Notes under the pieces: model-generated
Seen by the model: the letters and a program-made list of their open reading frames with translations, nothing else
Told to the model about the DNA's origin: nothing
The model's database searches: none
In this document: piece after piece, positions 9,700 to 18,449 of the stretch
How the letters are laid out: the number at the start of each line of letters is the position of its first letter
Position numbering within the stretch: position 1 is the stretch's first letter
Source: an uncultured Clostridium sp.
GTDB taxonomy: Bacteria > Bacillota > Clostridia > TANB77 > CAG-508
Length of the DNA stretch: 64,000 bases
Direction of reading: 5' to 3'
Assembly (NCBI GenBank): GCA_947165355.1
Contig: CAMUZZ010000002.1
Span: forward strand, 519 to 64,518
Translations under genes and position numbers: made by a program

Positions 9700-9861
9700 T
9701 TATTTATTTACTAAAAAAGATACTACTGTAGCAACTAATGATGCAACCATTAAAAATGCTAAAATTCCAGCAAGTATTCTTGTGCAAACTGTATTTTTTG
9801 ATACATAATGTTTTTTATTTTCTATTTTTACTACATTCTCTTCATTTAAATTTTCGTCCAT
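9700..9861 (-). CDS. Small (53 aa) tail-anchored membrane protein, unannotated
   Basis: Below the ORF-track size cutoff. MDENLNEENVVKIENKKHYVSKNTVCTRILAGILAFLMVASLVATVVSFLVNK. SD AAGGAGGAG sits 6 nt upstream, and a hairpin terminator lies at 9643-9674. Confidence 0.45.
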   Translation of the reverse strand: MDENLNEENVVKIENKKHYVSKNTVCTRILAGILAFLMVASLVATVVSFLVNK

Positions 9862-9962
9862 TTTAACTCCTCCTTAGTTAAACGTCATACAATTATTATG
9901 TTAGCACATAATAGTACTTTTTTCAACAAATTTTAAAAATTTTATGTAGAGCCGAACTTTTG

Positions 9963-10000
9963 CACAAAAAAGGAGCACACCATCTTTCTGGTGCGCTCCT
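9963..10000 (-). terminator. Terminator of cassette A1
   Basis: Minus strand reads AGGAGCGCACCA-GAAAGA-TGGTGTGCTCCT followed by TTTTTT. Confidence 0.7.
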
Positions 10001-10003
10001 TAC

Positions 10004-10231
10004 TCACTGCTCATCTTTCGTTTTGAGGTTGAGCAGGGCTTCGGCCATGCCAAGAAGAGTTTCCTCGTTGTCTCTTCGGGCTACTTCCCGGGGGTCTCCA
10101 GATGCGCTGCTTTTAGGCTCATGGTACCAAATTCCACGTGCGTGAAAATCGGCAATAATTGCCCTTAGCATAGACACATCTGCGCTTTCGATTTGAGCAT
10201 AGCGCTCATTGAACTCTTTGCGTGTGATCAT
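10004..10231 (-). CDS. GC-rich small protein A1 (75 aa), unknown family
   Basis: SD AGGAGG sits 6 nt before the ATG. About 50% GC by hand count (113/228). Paralog of 10457-10690 (shared TLLGMAE). Confidence 0.6.
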   Translation of the reverse strand: MITRKEFNERYAQIESADVSMLRAIIADFHARGIWYHEPKSSASGDPREVARRDNEETLLGMAEALLNLKTKDEQ

Positions 10232-10306
10232 TTGAACCTCCTGTTCATTTGTACCCTCAATTGAGGGGTTGGCCTATAGTACTATCAGAAGTACTGATAC
10301 ATTACT

Positions 10307-10335
10307 ATTATATCATATTATGTTTACTATTTCAA
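10307..10335 (-). promoter_or_regulatory. Sigma-A-type promoter of A1
   Basis: Minus strand: TTGAAA, 17 nt, TGATATAAT (extended -10). Confidence 0.55.
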
Positions 10336-10420
10336 ATAAATATAATTTTTATTCTATTAAATAACCAATATATTATTTAATCTTCAATTACATTCGATGA
10401 TAGAAAAGTAATTTAAAATT

Positions 10421-10450
10421 AGAAAAGCACACCAGCAAAACTGGTGTGCT
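10421..10450 (-). terminator. Terminator of cassette A2
   Basis: Minus strand reads AGCACACCAG-TTTTG-CTGGTGTGCT followed by TTTTC. The stem sequence is related to the A1 terminator. Confidence 0.65.
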
Positions 10451-10456
10451 AAAGTA

Positions 10457-10690
10457 TTAGGATTCTTCATCGTGCAACATATAAAGCTTATGCTCTGCCA
10501 TTCCAAGCAATGTTGCCTCTGCAGTTGCGCCTTCCATTACATCTGATTCTAAGTTTGTAAGATGGAAGTTCTCGTCTTTCAGAGCCTTTTTCATAAGAAC
10601 TCTGTAGCGTGCCGTGATTTCTAAAAGCCGTTTAAGACTGGCTTCTTCAATCTCAGCAACAGCTGCCTTAACTTCGTCTTTCGACATCAT
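10457..10690 (-). CDS. GC-enriched small protein A2 (77 aa), paralog of A1
   Basis: SD AGGAGG sits 8 nt before the ATG. It aligns with A1 without gaps. LLGMAE is encoded with synonymous differences (CTT GGA ATG GCA GAG versus CTT GGC ATG GCC GAA). Confidence 0.6.
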   Translation of the reverse strand: MMSKDEVKAAVAEIEEASLKRLLEITARYRVLMKKALKDENFHLTNLESDVMEGATAEATLLGMAEHKLYMLHDEES

Positions 10691-10766
10691 AAATTTAACC
10701 TCCTAATTTTGACACGATTTCATTCGAAATCTGGGCCTATGTACTTTCGTACGTCTAACAGCCCAT

Positions 10767-10795
10767 ATTATACCATTTTTTAGGTATTACGTCAA
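10767..10795 (-). promoter_or_regulatory. Sigma-A-type promoter of A2
   Basis: Minus strand: TTGACG, 17 nt, TGGTATAAT. A second AATTGACG direct repeat lies 24 nt upstream. Confidence 0.55.
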
Positions 10796-10889
10796 TTGTT
10801 GCAACATGTTTCGTCAATTCTACCTTTGCATTCTAGTATTTCTAATTTTATGTTATAACTATTTTAACTTTTTAAACACAACTTATTTA

Positions 10890-13262
10890 TTATTTTCTTA
10901 GTTTAACTCCACATTTGCTTTCTACAGTTTCAATTATTTTTTCGAAAACTGGCGTTATTTCTTCTTCAGTTAACGTCTTCTTTGGATCATTAAAAGTTAA
11001 AGAATATGCTATAGATTTTTCATTTTCTCCTACATTTTCACCAGTATAAACATCGAAAACCTCAATATTTGTAAGCAGGCTTCCTCCTGCTTTTTTTATG
11101 GCCATTTCAATGTCTTTTGATGTTTTAGTTTTATCCATAACAAAAGCAACGTCTTTATTGATATTTGGATATGCAGAAATTTCCTTGTACTTCATCTTTC
11201 CAACTCTTTTAGCTAATAATTTATCTAAATTTATTTCCATTACAAAAACAGGATCTTTTGCTTGAGATGGATGTAACTTTCCAACAATACCAACGCCTTC
11301 ACCATTTACGTTTATTTCCGCAACTTGACCTGGATGGAACTCTGATGGTATCTCCTTTGGTATTAAGAAGCTGTACCTGTTTGCGTATCCTAAGTAGTCT
11401 AACAATTCTTCTACAATACCTTTAATAATATAAAAATCAACATTTGATTGATTTCCAACACCAATATAATACTTTCCTGTCATTAATGCTGCAATTTTTT
11501 GATTTTCCCCATATTCTTCTCCTTTTTTGAAGAATCCTTTTCCAATTTCGAATATAGAAATATCTTTATTGTAGTGTGCTTTGTTATATTCATAGGTTTT
11601 AACAAGTGATGGAATAACACTGTATCTTAACGTATTACGCTCCTCTGTTATAGGATCTAGAAGTTTAAGCTCCTCAAACTTGTCTGTTGTGAACTTATGA
11701 ACATCTTTGTCGTTTATTAAAATATAAGTTAATGTTTCATTTAATCCAAGCTCAGACATTTTATGTCTTATTGATCTTATTGTATTGTCGTAATCGCCTG
11801 CTTTTTGACCCATAACTGGAATTGTTCCTTTGATGTTATCTACACCATAAATTCTACTTACTTCTTCAATTAAATCCTCTTTTATTGAAATATCTAATCT
11901 TCTACTTGGCACATTTACTGTAACTTCTGAATCATTTGCATCGTACGTAAATGCTAACTTACGAAATACATTTAATATTTCTTCTTTAGATATATCTGAT
12001 CCTAGTACATCGTTTATATTTTTATATGATATTGTAATTTTTTTATCTTCTGGAGAAGTTGCATCATACTGACAAATTCCAGTTTTAACAGTTCCACCAG
12101 CATATTTTTCTAGCATTTGACAAGCTCTTTCTATTGCCATGTATGTTCTATGACAATCTAATCCTTTTTCAAATCTATTGCTTGCTTCACTTCTTACTAT
12201 CTTTTTAGAAGTTTTTCTAACTTTTACACCATCAAATATAGCAGCTTCTATTATTATGTTCTTTGTTTCAGGAGTTACCTCTGTATCTAGTCCACCCATA
12301 ACACCAGCTAGTCCTACAGACTTTTCTTTATTTGCTATAACTATATCGTTGTCATCAAGATCTCTTTCAATATTATCTAGAGTTGTTAGTTTTTCTCCAT
12401 TTTCAGCCATTCTTACTACTATAGTGTCACCTAGTTTATCGGCATCGTAAAAATGTAAAGGTTGTCCAAGCTCTAGCATTACGTAATTACTTATATCTAC
12501 AACATTATTTATTGGTCGTATTCCACAAGCCATTAATCTATTTTTTATAAAATCTGGACTTTCTTTTATTTCGGCATTTTCAACCTTTTTAGCTAAGAAC
12601 AAACTACAGTTTTCAGTTTGAACATCAACTTTAAAGCTATTGTTGATGTCGTCGCCAGATTCACCATGGCTTAGATTTAGCTCTTTTACAGGCCTATCGT
12701 AAACAGCTCCAAGCTCATATGCCATGCCCAGCATGCTTAATAAATCTCCTCTATTTGCTGTTAATTCAAAATCAACTATCTCATCATCAAATCCTAAATA
12801 TTTAATTGGATCTTCACCAACTACACTATCTTCACCAAGCTCAGCTATTCCTTCCTTATCTTCTGGTTTTAAGAACTTGTTGTCCAAACCTAGCTCAGCA
12901 ATAGAACACATCATACCATTTGATTCAACACCTCTGATAGCACCTGCTTTTATTTCTCCTCCTGGTAATTTTGCACCTGGAAGTGCGACAATAACTTTAA
13001 TTCCGGCTCTTGCATTTGGAGCACCACAAACAATTTGCAATATATCTTTTCCAACATTTACTTTGCAAACATGCAAATGATCTGAATCTGGATGCTCTTC
13101 ACATGTAATTATTTCTCCAATTACCAAATTTGTACAATCAATAAAATTGCGTGCTTCATCGTATTCATTACCAACACGAGTCATATCTTCACCAATTGTT
13201 TTAATATCTATGTCATCTGGTAAATCTATATAATCTTTAACAAAATTTCTACTTAATATCAT
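10890..13262 (-). CDS. pheT: Phenylalanine--tRNA ligase beta subunit
   Basis: 790 aa with tRNA-binding, B3/4, B5 and FDX-ACB domain order. It lies immediately downstream of pheS. Confidence 0.95.
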   Translation of the reverse strand: MILSRNFVKDYIDLPDDIDIKTIGEDMTRVGNEYDEARNFIDCTNLVIGEIITCEEHPDSDHLHVCKVNVGKDILQIVCGAPNARAGIKVIVALPGAKLPGGEIKAGAIRGVESNGMMCSIAELGLDNKFLKPEDKEGIAELGEDSVVGEDPIKYLGFDDEIVDFELTANRGDLLSMLGMAYELGAVYDRPVKELNLSHGESGDDINNSFKVDVQTENCSLFLAKKVENAEIKESPDFIKNRLMACGIRPINNVVDISNYVMLELGQPLHFYDADKLGDTIVVRMAENGEKLTTLDNIERDLDDNDIVIANKEKSVGLAGVMGGLDTEVTPETKNIIIEAAIFDGVKVRKTSKKIVRSEASNRFEKGLDCHRTYMAIERACQMLEKYAGGTVKTGICQYDATSPEDKKITISYKNINDVLGSDISKEEILNVFRKLAFTYDANDSEVTVNVPSRRLDISIKEDLIEEVSRIYGVDNIKGTIPVMGQKAGDYDNTIRSIRHKMSELGLNETLTYILINDKDVHKFTTDKFEELKLLDPITEERNTLRYSVIPSLVKTYEYNKAHYNKDISIFEIGKGFFKKGEEYGENQKIAALMTGKYYIGVGNQSNVDFYIIKGIVEELLDYLGYANRYSFLIPKEIPSEFHPGQVAEINVNGEGVGIVGKLHPSQAKDPVFVMEINLDKLLAKRVGKMKYKEISAYPNINKDVAFVMDKTKTSKDIEMAIKKAGGSLLTNIEVFDVYTGENVGENEKSIAYSLTFNDPKKTLTEEEITPVFEKIIETVESKCGVKLRK

Positions 13263-13291
13263 TTTTTACCTCCTACTTATATTTTCGTTAT

Positions 13292-14341
13292 TTAAATATC
13301 CTTTCTGTCGAATTGCTTTAAGAATCTTACATCATTTGCATATAAATATCTCATATCTGGTATTCCATATTTAAACATTGCAAGTCTATCTATTCCAGTT
13401 CCAAATGCAAATCCGCCCCACTCCTCTGGGTCGTATCCATTCATTTTTAGAACATTTGGATGTACAATTCCTGAACCAAGAACTTCTATCCAACCTGTTT
13501 GCTTACATAAGCTACATCCTTTACCTCCGCATTTAAAACATGTACAATCAACTTCATAAGAAGGCTCTGTAAATGGGAAATAACTTGGTCTGAAACGTAA
13601 TTCCGTATTTTCTCCAAGCATTTTTTTCATAAATACTTCCAAAGTTCCTTTTAAATCAGCTAGAGAAACTTTATTTTCTTTTTTATCTATTACTAATCCT
13701 TCAACTTGATTGAATTGATGAGAGTGTGTTGCATCATCTTCTCTTCTATATGTTTTTCCAACGCAAATCATCTTTATTGGCTTTTGATCTTTTGCATATT
13801 TTAGCATCGTGTGAGCTTGTACAGCAGATGTTTGTGTACGAAGTAAATATTCATCAGTTATATAGAATGAATCTTGCATATCTCTTGCAGGATGTCCTTT
13901 TGGTAAATTTAATCTTTCGAAGCAAAACTCATCTGTTTCAAGCTCTGGACCATCTATAACCTCGTATCCCATTGAAACAAATAAATCTTCAATTTCTTCA
14001 ATTGTTCTATTTAGTGGATGCTCGCTTCCTCTTATAGCCTTTTTGCTTGGAAGAGTTATATCTATTGTTTCTTTTTCTAATTTTTTGTTTAATTCTTCTA
14101 ATTTAAAAGCCTCTTCTTTCTCATTTATAATAGTTTCTAACTCATCTCTTACTTCGTTTACCAAGCTTCCAATTATTGGTCTTTCTTCAGCAGATAAACC
14201 TCCCATTCCTCTTAAAACAGAAGTTAATTCACCTTTTTTTCCTAGATATTTAACTTTTAAATCAACTAAAGTTTTTAAATCTTCTACCTTAGAGATTTCT
14301 TCTTTAGCAGTTAATTTAATTTTCTCAATTTCTTCTTTCAT
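13292..14341 (-). CDS. pheS: Phenylalanine--tRNA ligase alpha subunit
   Basis: [23 protein letters not shown] and [13 protein letters not shown] class II motifs. Confidence 0.95.
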   Translation of the reverse strand: MKEEIEKIKLTAKEEISKVEDLKTLVDLKVKYLGKKGELTSVLRGMGGLSAEERPIIGSLVNEVRDELETIINEKEEAFKLEELNKKLEKETIDITLPSKKAIRGSEHPLNRTIEEIEDLFVSMGYEVIDGPELETDEFCFERLNLPKGHPARDMQDSFYITDEYLLRTQTSAVQAHTMLKYAKDQKPIKMICVGKTYRREDDATHSHQFNQVEGLVIDKKENKVSLADLKGTLEVFMKKMLGENTELRFRPSYFPFTEPSYEVDCTCFKCGGKGCSLCKQTGWIEVLGSGIVHPNVLKMNGYDPEEWGGFAFGTGIDRLAMFKYGIPDMRYLYANDVRFLKQFDRKDI

Positions 14342-14401
14342 AATTTCTTCCTTTCTTGGCAGTTTGATTTTAGAATTTTATATTCTAAATTTTACGTTTT
14401 T

Positions 14402-14459
14402 GAATTTTTTGCACCGTCCAAAATTTGACTTAATTTTTTTTGTTCCGTCCCCAAAATTC
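14402..14459 (-). repeat. Tandem pair (R3a, R3b) of the GGGGACGG-core repeat in the pheS 5' UTR
   Basis: Minus strand reads GAATTTTGGGGACGGAACAAAAAAAATTAAG then CAAATTTTGGACGGTGCAAAAAATTC, between the T-box terminator and the pheS SD. Confidence 0.7.
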
Positions 14460-14463
14460 AAAA

Positions 14464-14727
14464 AGAGCTATTCATCCTTAATAGGACGAATAGCTCGTGG
14501 TACCACCTAATTTTATATATTTATGCCAATGCTAAAAAGCTTGCATTTATATACCTTGTTATAGTTTTAACGTAACAACCGTATTGCCTACTATTACTTT
14601 CAGCAAATAACCTAAAAAGTGAAATTTCGTACATATTATGCTTTTTGGATTCACAGCTTAATATCCAAATTCTCTTTAAACAAAACATATATACTACTTT
14701 GCTTTTTAATTGGCTTATTTTAAATAT
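14464..14727 (-). promoter_or_regulatory. T-box riboswitch leader of pheST
   Basis: The T-box sequence AGGTGGTACCACGAGC overlaps the terminator GAGCTATTCGTCC-TATTAAG-GATGAATAGCTC plus TTTTT. An AGAGA box sits in stem I, and a candidate UUC specifier lies in GAAATTTCAC. The promoter TTGTAC-17-TGATACAAT is at 14734-14762. Confidence 0.8.
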
Positions 14728-14779
14728 GTTTAGATTGTATCATACAATTACAAAAAGTACAAGCATACTTTGCAATAAA

Positions 14780-15190
14780 CTAGAATATGCTATAAGCTAC
14801 TAAAGTAATTATAAATCCTAAAACAGCTAAAGCTAAGTCTATTATACCTAGAACTATACCAGCTGTTGCCATACCTTTTCCTTTTTGCTCTGGGAAAATT
14901 TTTAGTTTATTTTTTGCAGCTATACCTAAGCTTAAAGCTATAATTCCAAGCCATAAGTTAGCAATAAAAATACCTACAATACCACAAACCATAGCAGCAA
15001 TTGCTAGTCCATTTGTTTTTGGTGCCACACCTGCTTGACTTGCATTTGTGTTTACTGTTTGTGTGTTATTAACTACTACTGGCTCCTCTTTTACTTCTGT
15101 TTTTTCAACTTCTGCTTTTGCTCCGCAGTTTGGGCAAAATTTTTCGTCATCTCCTAACATTGTTCCACAATGCATACAAAAATTACTCAT
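14780..15190 (-). CDS. Zinc-ribbon membrane protein (DUF4190-like C-terminus)
   Basis: CMHCG...CPNCG zinc ribbon plus Gly/Ile-rich TM hairpins. SD AAGGAGAG. Confidence 0.6.
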   Translation of the reverse strand: MSNFCMHCGTMLGDDEKFCPNCGAKAEVEKTEVKEEPVVVNNTQTVNTNASQAGVAPKTNGLAIAAMVCGIVGIFIANLWLGIIALSLGIAAKNKLKIFPEQKGKGMATAGIVLGIIDLALAVLGFIITLVAYSIF

Positions 15191-15204
15191 TTTAATCTCT
15201 CCTT

Positions 15205-15606
15205 TTATTTTTCGTTTACTATTGATTCTATTTGTGCTATACCTGATACAAGACCCATTCTCATAACAGAGTTCACATATATTTTACTATATTCTGAAGA
15301 AAAATCAATCTCTTTTTGATAAGCTTCTCCAAATGTATCGAATACAACCTTGTGAGTTCCTGCTGGCAATTCAACTTCAGCAGATGCTCCATTTTTAAGT
15401 GATGCAACATTATTTCCGTCAACAAAAATTCTTATTGGAATAGCACATCCCATTAGTCTTTTTCTTCTAGTGAATACAACTTTAACAGTTTTATTTTCTG
15501 GTGCTTTTATATTTTGCTCAAAAAGCGCTCTGTCTATTTTAGTTCCACAAAATTTACAAAATTCGCTTTCGTTTGGTATTTCTTTTCCACACTTATTACA
15601 AAACAT
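15205..15606 (-). CDS. Zinc-ribbon domain protein
   Basis: MFCNKCGKEIPNESEFCKFCG. Start moved to 15606 behind AAAGGGGA. Confidence 0.55.
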   Translation of the reverse strand: MFCNKCGKEIPNESEFCKFCGTKIDRALFEQNIKAPENKTVKVVFTRRKRLMGCAIPIRIFVDGNNVASLKNGASAEVELPAGTHKVVFDTFGEAYQKEIDFSSEYSKIYVNSVMRMGLVSGIAQIESIVNEK

Positions 15607-15732
15607 TAACTTATCCCCTTTCACCATTTTCCAAGATTTTATCATATATTCGCTGTTTTTTCAAGCTATATTGTGTTTTATTTACATAATTTAACATTAA
15701 TTTATATAGTTGTATTTTTTGCTTATCGTTAT

Positions 15733-15996
15733 TTACATCATTAAAAACTTAAGCAATATAATTAGTATAAATCCTGGAATACCTAATAATCCCGTGCAAA
15801 GTACCGTCCAAATGTTTATTCCTATGTGAAAGTTATAATTTGTACCAATTAAATTTGTAATCCATATTAATCCAGCACCCAATAAAGAATTTACTATTAA
15901 TTTAAATATTCTTTTTATTGGAAACAAAAATGATCTTCCAATAAATACTACTAAAGCTATGCATCCGATATATAAAAATAAAGCATAATTTTCCAT
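15733..15996 (-). CDS. bofA: Pro-sigma-K processing inhibitor BofA
   Basis: 87 aa with 2 TM and a C-terminal GLLGIPG motif typical of BofA. A yaaL-like gene is nearby, as in Bacillus. Confidence 0.65.
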   Translation of the reverse strand: MENYALFLYIGCIALVVFIGRSFLFPIKRIFKLIVNSLLGAGLIWITNLIGTNYNFHIGINIWTVLCTGLLGIPGFILIILLKFLMM

Positions 15997-16047
15997 AAAA
16001 TCACCTCTTTATTACTTATGTGATTTTGGACAAATTATGCTTATGTT

Positions 16048-17601
16048 TTACTCATTTTTTAATATTTCGATTGCACATTGTATACCATCTACAGCTGCAG
16101 ACATTATGCCACCTGCATATCCTGGACCTTCTCCGCAAGGATACAATCCATAAATATTCGACATTTTTATTTCGTTCCTTGTTATTTGAACAGGAGAAGA
16201 ACTTCTTGTTTCAACTCCTGTAAGTATCGCATCTGGATTGTCAAAGCCTTCTATTACAGTACCAAAATAATCTATTCCTTCGACCAAAGTTTTAGAAACG
16301 AATTCGGGCAATATTTCATTTAAATTACACATTGTAACGCCCGGCTTGTATGTTGGTTTTATATCTCCTATGTAACTAGTTTTTTTGTTTTCTTTAAAGT
16401 CTTCATATCGCTGTACTGGTGCATAATAATTAGATCCACCTAGCATAAACGCTTTTTCTTCCAATTGTTTTTGAAAATACATTCCTTCTAGCGGAGATTC
16501 TCCTTTAAAATCATCTGGTGTAACATTAACCAAAACAGCGCTATTTGCATTTTCCCCATCTCTTTTATATTTGCTCATTCCATTAGTAACAATTGTTCCA
16601 GGCTCGCTTGATGAAGCTATAACCTCTCCTCCCGGACACATACAAAAAGTATAGCATGATCTTTCATTACCATGATAAACCATTTTATACTCAGCTGGTG
16701 GAAGTTTTAGTTTTGTAATAGTTCCATACTGAGATGTATTTATTGTTGATTGTTTATGCTCTATACGAACACCCACAGAGAAATTCTTTTTTTGCATTTC
16801 CACACCTTTTTTATATAACATCTCAAATGTATCTCTAGCACTATGGCCTATTGCAAGAACTATAGTATCTGTTTCGATTCTTCCAGTATTACAAATAGCA
16901 GCACTTACTATTGAGTTTGTAATTTCTATGTCTATTAATTTAGTATTAAATAAAAACTCTCCACCTAGCTCAATTATTCTATTTCTCATATTTTTTATAA
17001 CTGAAACTAAATTATCTGTTCCTATATGAGGCTTGTTTATGTATAAAATTTGCTCTGGTGCACCAGATTTGTAAAACTCTTCTAAAACTTTTTTACATAG
17101 TGGACTGTTAATTCCGCTTGTTAACTTTCCATCTGAAAAAGTTCCAGCTCCACCTTCACCAAATTGAACATTGGAACTTGGGTTAAGTACACCTGTATTT
17201 CTAAATTTTTCTACATCTTCAATTCGCTCTTCTACTCTTTTTCCTTGCTCTATAACTATTGGTTTAATGCCATTTTGTGCAAGCACTAATGCACAGAACA
17301 ATCCAGCAGGACCAGCTCCAACAATTACCGGTCTCTTTGTAGATTTTCTTTTTACATCAATTTTTTCTTGCTTCTTTTCTTCTACAAGCTCTACATTTTT
17401 TATATGCTTTTCATTTTTACATTTAATTTCTACGCAATAATTGTAATGAACATCTTCTTTTTTTCTTGCATCAATAGATTTTTTTACAATTCTTTTCTCA
17501 GTAACATCTTCTTTTTTTATTCTATATTTTTTAAAAATTCTCTCAAATAAATCATTCTCATCCAAATCTTCTCTTATTTTTATATTACTTATTCTTATCA
17601 T
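16048..17601 (-). CDS. FAD-dependent dehydrogenase (COG2509-type)
   Basis: VIVGAGPAGLFCALVLAQNG dinucleotide-binding motif. ATG at 17601 follows GAAGGA; the track start is a TTG. Confidence 0.8.
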   Translation of the reverse strand: MIRISNIKIREDLDENDLFERIFKKYRIKKEDVTEKRIVKKSIDARKKEDVHYNYCVEIKCKNEKHIKNVELVEEKKQEKIDVKRKSTKRPVIVGAGPAGLFCALVLAQNGIKPIVIEQGKRVEERIEDVEKFRNTGVLNPSSNVQFGEGGAGTFSDGKLTSGINSPLCKKVLEEFYKSGAPEQILYINKPHIGTDNLVSVIKNMRNRIIELGGEFLFNTKLIDIEITNSIVSAAICNTGRIETDTIVLAIGHSARDTFEMLYKKGVEMQKKNFSVGVRIEHKQSTINTSQYGTITKLKLPPAEYKMVYHGNERSCYTFCMCPGGEVIASSSEPGTIVTNGMSKYKRDGENANSAVLVNVTPDDFKGESPLEGMYFQKQLEEKAFMLGGSNYYAPVQRYEDFKENKKTSYIGDIKPTYKPGVTMCNLNEILPEFVSKTLVEGIDYFGTVIEGFDNPDAILTGVETRSSSPVQITRNEIKMSNIYGLYPCGEGPGYAGGIMSAAVDGIQCAIEILKNE

Positions 17602-17652
17602 TTTATTTTCCTTCAATTTTTTTGATTATTATATTATAGATTTACATAAAAT

Positions 17653-17913
17653 TCAATATATTTTCTTGTTACCTATTATATCTAAAGTTAAGCCTCTTGC
17701 TTTTGCCTTTTCTATTAAGTAATCTAATTTTGCTTGCTCAGCCTTTAACGTGTATAAAAAGTAGTCTATAAGTTTTCCTTCAGCATATTGATAATTTTCA
17801 TTTGCATCCTGAATGCTTTTTTTGGTTTTTAAAATTGAAACCATTAATTCCTTTTCCTTTTCTTCCTCGCTTTTTTCAACGATTATGGTTTCTTTTATAT
17901 ACTCTGAACGCAT
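17653..17913 (-). CDS. yaaL: YaaL-like (DUF2508) protein
   Basis: 86-aa helical protein with SD AGGAGG. Size and proximity to bofA resemble the Bacillus recR-yaaL-bofA arrangement. Confidence 0.5.
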   Translation of the reverse strand: MRSEYIKETIIVEKSEEEKEKELMVSILKTKKSIQDANENYQYAEGKLIDYFLYTLKAEQAKLDYLIEKAKARGLTLDIIGNKKIY

Positions 17914-18015
17914 ATCGCCTGTCCTCCTAAAACAATATTCATATTATTCTATTCATAATCTATTTTGTTATGATTATTTTCGTATTACATAATCAAATTA
18001 AATATGACACTTATT

Positions 18016-18044
18016 TTGACATTATTAACATAATGTGCTAGAAT
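18016..18044 (+). promoter_or_regulatory. Sigma-A-type promoter of cassette B
   Basis: TTGACA, 17 nt, TGCTAGAAT. Confidence 0.5.
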
Positions 18045-18092
18045 TGTTCGTATGGGACAATGTTCCAAATTTAAATATGAGGGAGTGTTAAC

Positions 18093-18374
18093 ATGCTTCA
18101 AGAGGTTCCCAACTTCAAAGATGCTATCTTTGAAATAACGGAAAATGAGGGAAATCAGATAGCAACCATTTCTGTTTATGGTCACAAAAAGAGCATTACT
18201 GCTGCCGCGCTAATTAAGGTTATGCGGGATTTTGGCAGAAAGAAACGTTTCTTCAAGTACTATGACAGTTCTGATGTACCCGTAAAGCACCAGCAACTTC
18301 CGAGCAACTCTGACTGCTACTCTGCATTTGCATGCATGAGTATGGAAACTGGAGAGCTGCTCTACTACCTCTAA
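18093..18374 (+). CDS. GC-enriched small protein B (93 aa), unknown family
   Basis: SD GAGGGAG. Visibly higher GC than its neighbours. Convergent with proS. Confidence 0.5.
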   Translation: MLQEVPNFKDAIFEITENEGNQIATISVYGHKKSITAAALIKVMRDFGRKKRFFKYYDSSDVPVKHQQLPSNSDCYSAFACMSMETGELLYYL

Positions 18375-18380
18375 ATAGCA

Positions 18381-18430
18381 TGGAGACCAGGTAAGTGTAT
18401 TTTTACACATTGCCTGGTCTCCACTCTTTT
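18381..18430 (+). terminator. Terminator of cassette B
   Basis: GGAGACCAGG ... CCTGGTCTCC, then CTCTTTTT. Confidence 0.7.
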
Positions 18431-18449
18431 TATAATTATATTTTATATA

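Noticed and set aside
9960-10145. 61-aa plus-strand ORF antisense to cassette A1. The ORF at 18210-18410 is likewise antisense to cassette B.
   Set aside because: These are GC-driven shadow ORFs without an SD. The paralog comparison (synonymous changes in LLGMAE) supports the minus-strand frame for A1.
15795-15815. TTTGGACGGTAC inside bofA, resembling the degenerate repeat copy R3b
   Set aside because: It lies in frame within a conserved TM segment (NIWTVLCTG) and lacks the flanking A/T-tract structure. It is a chance match.
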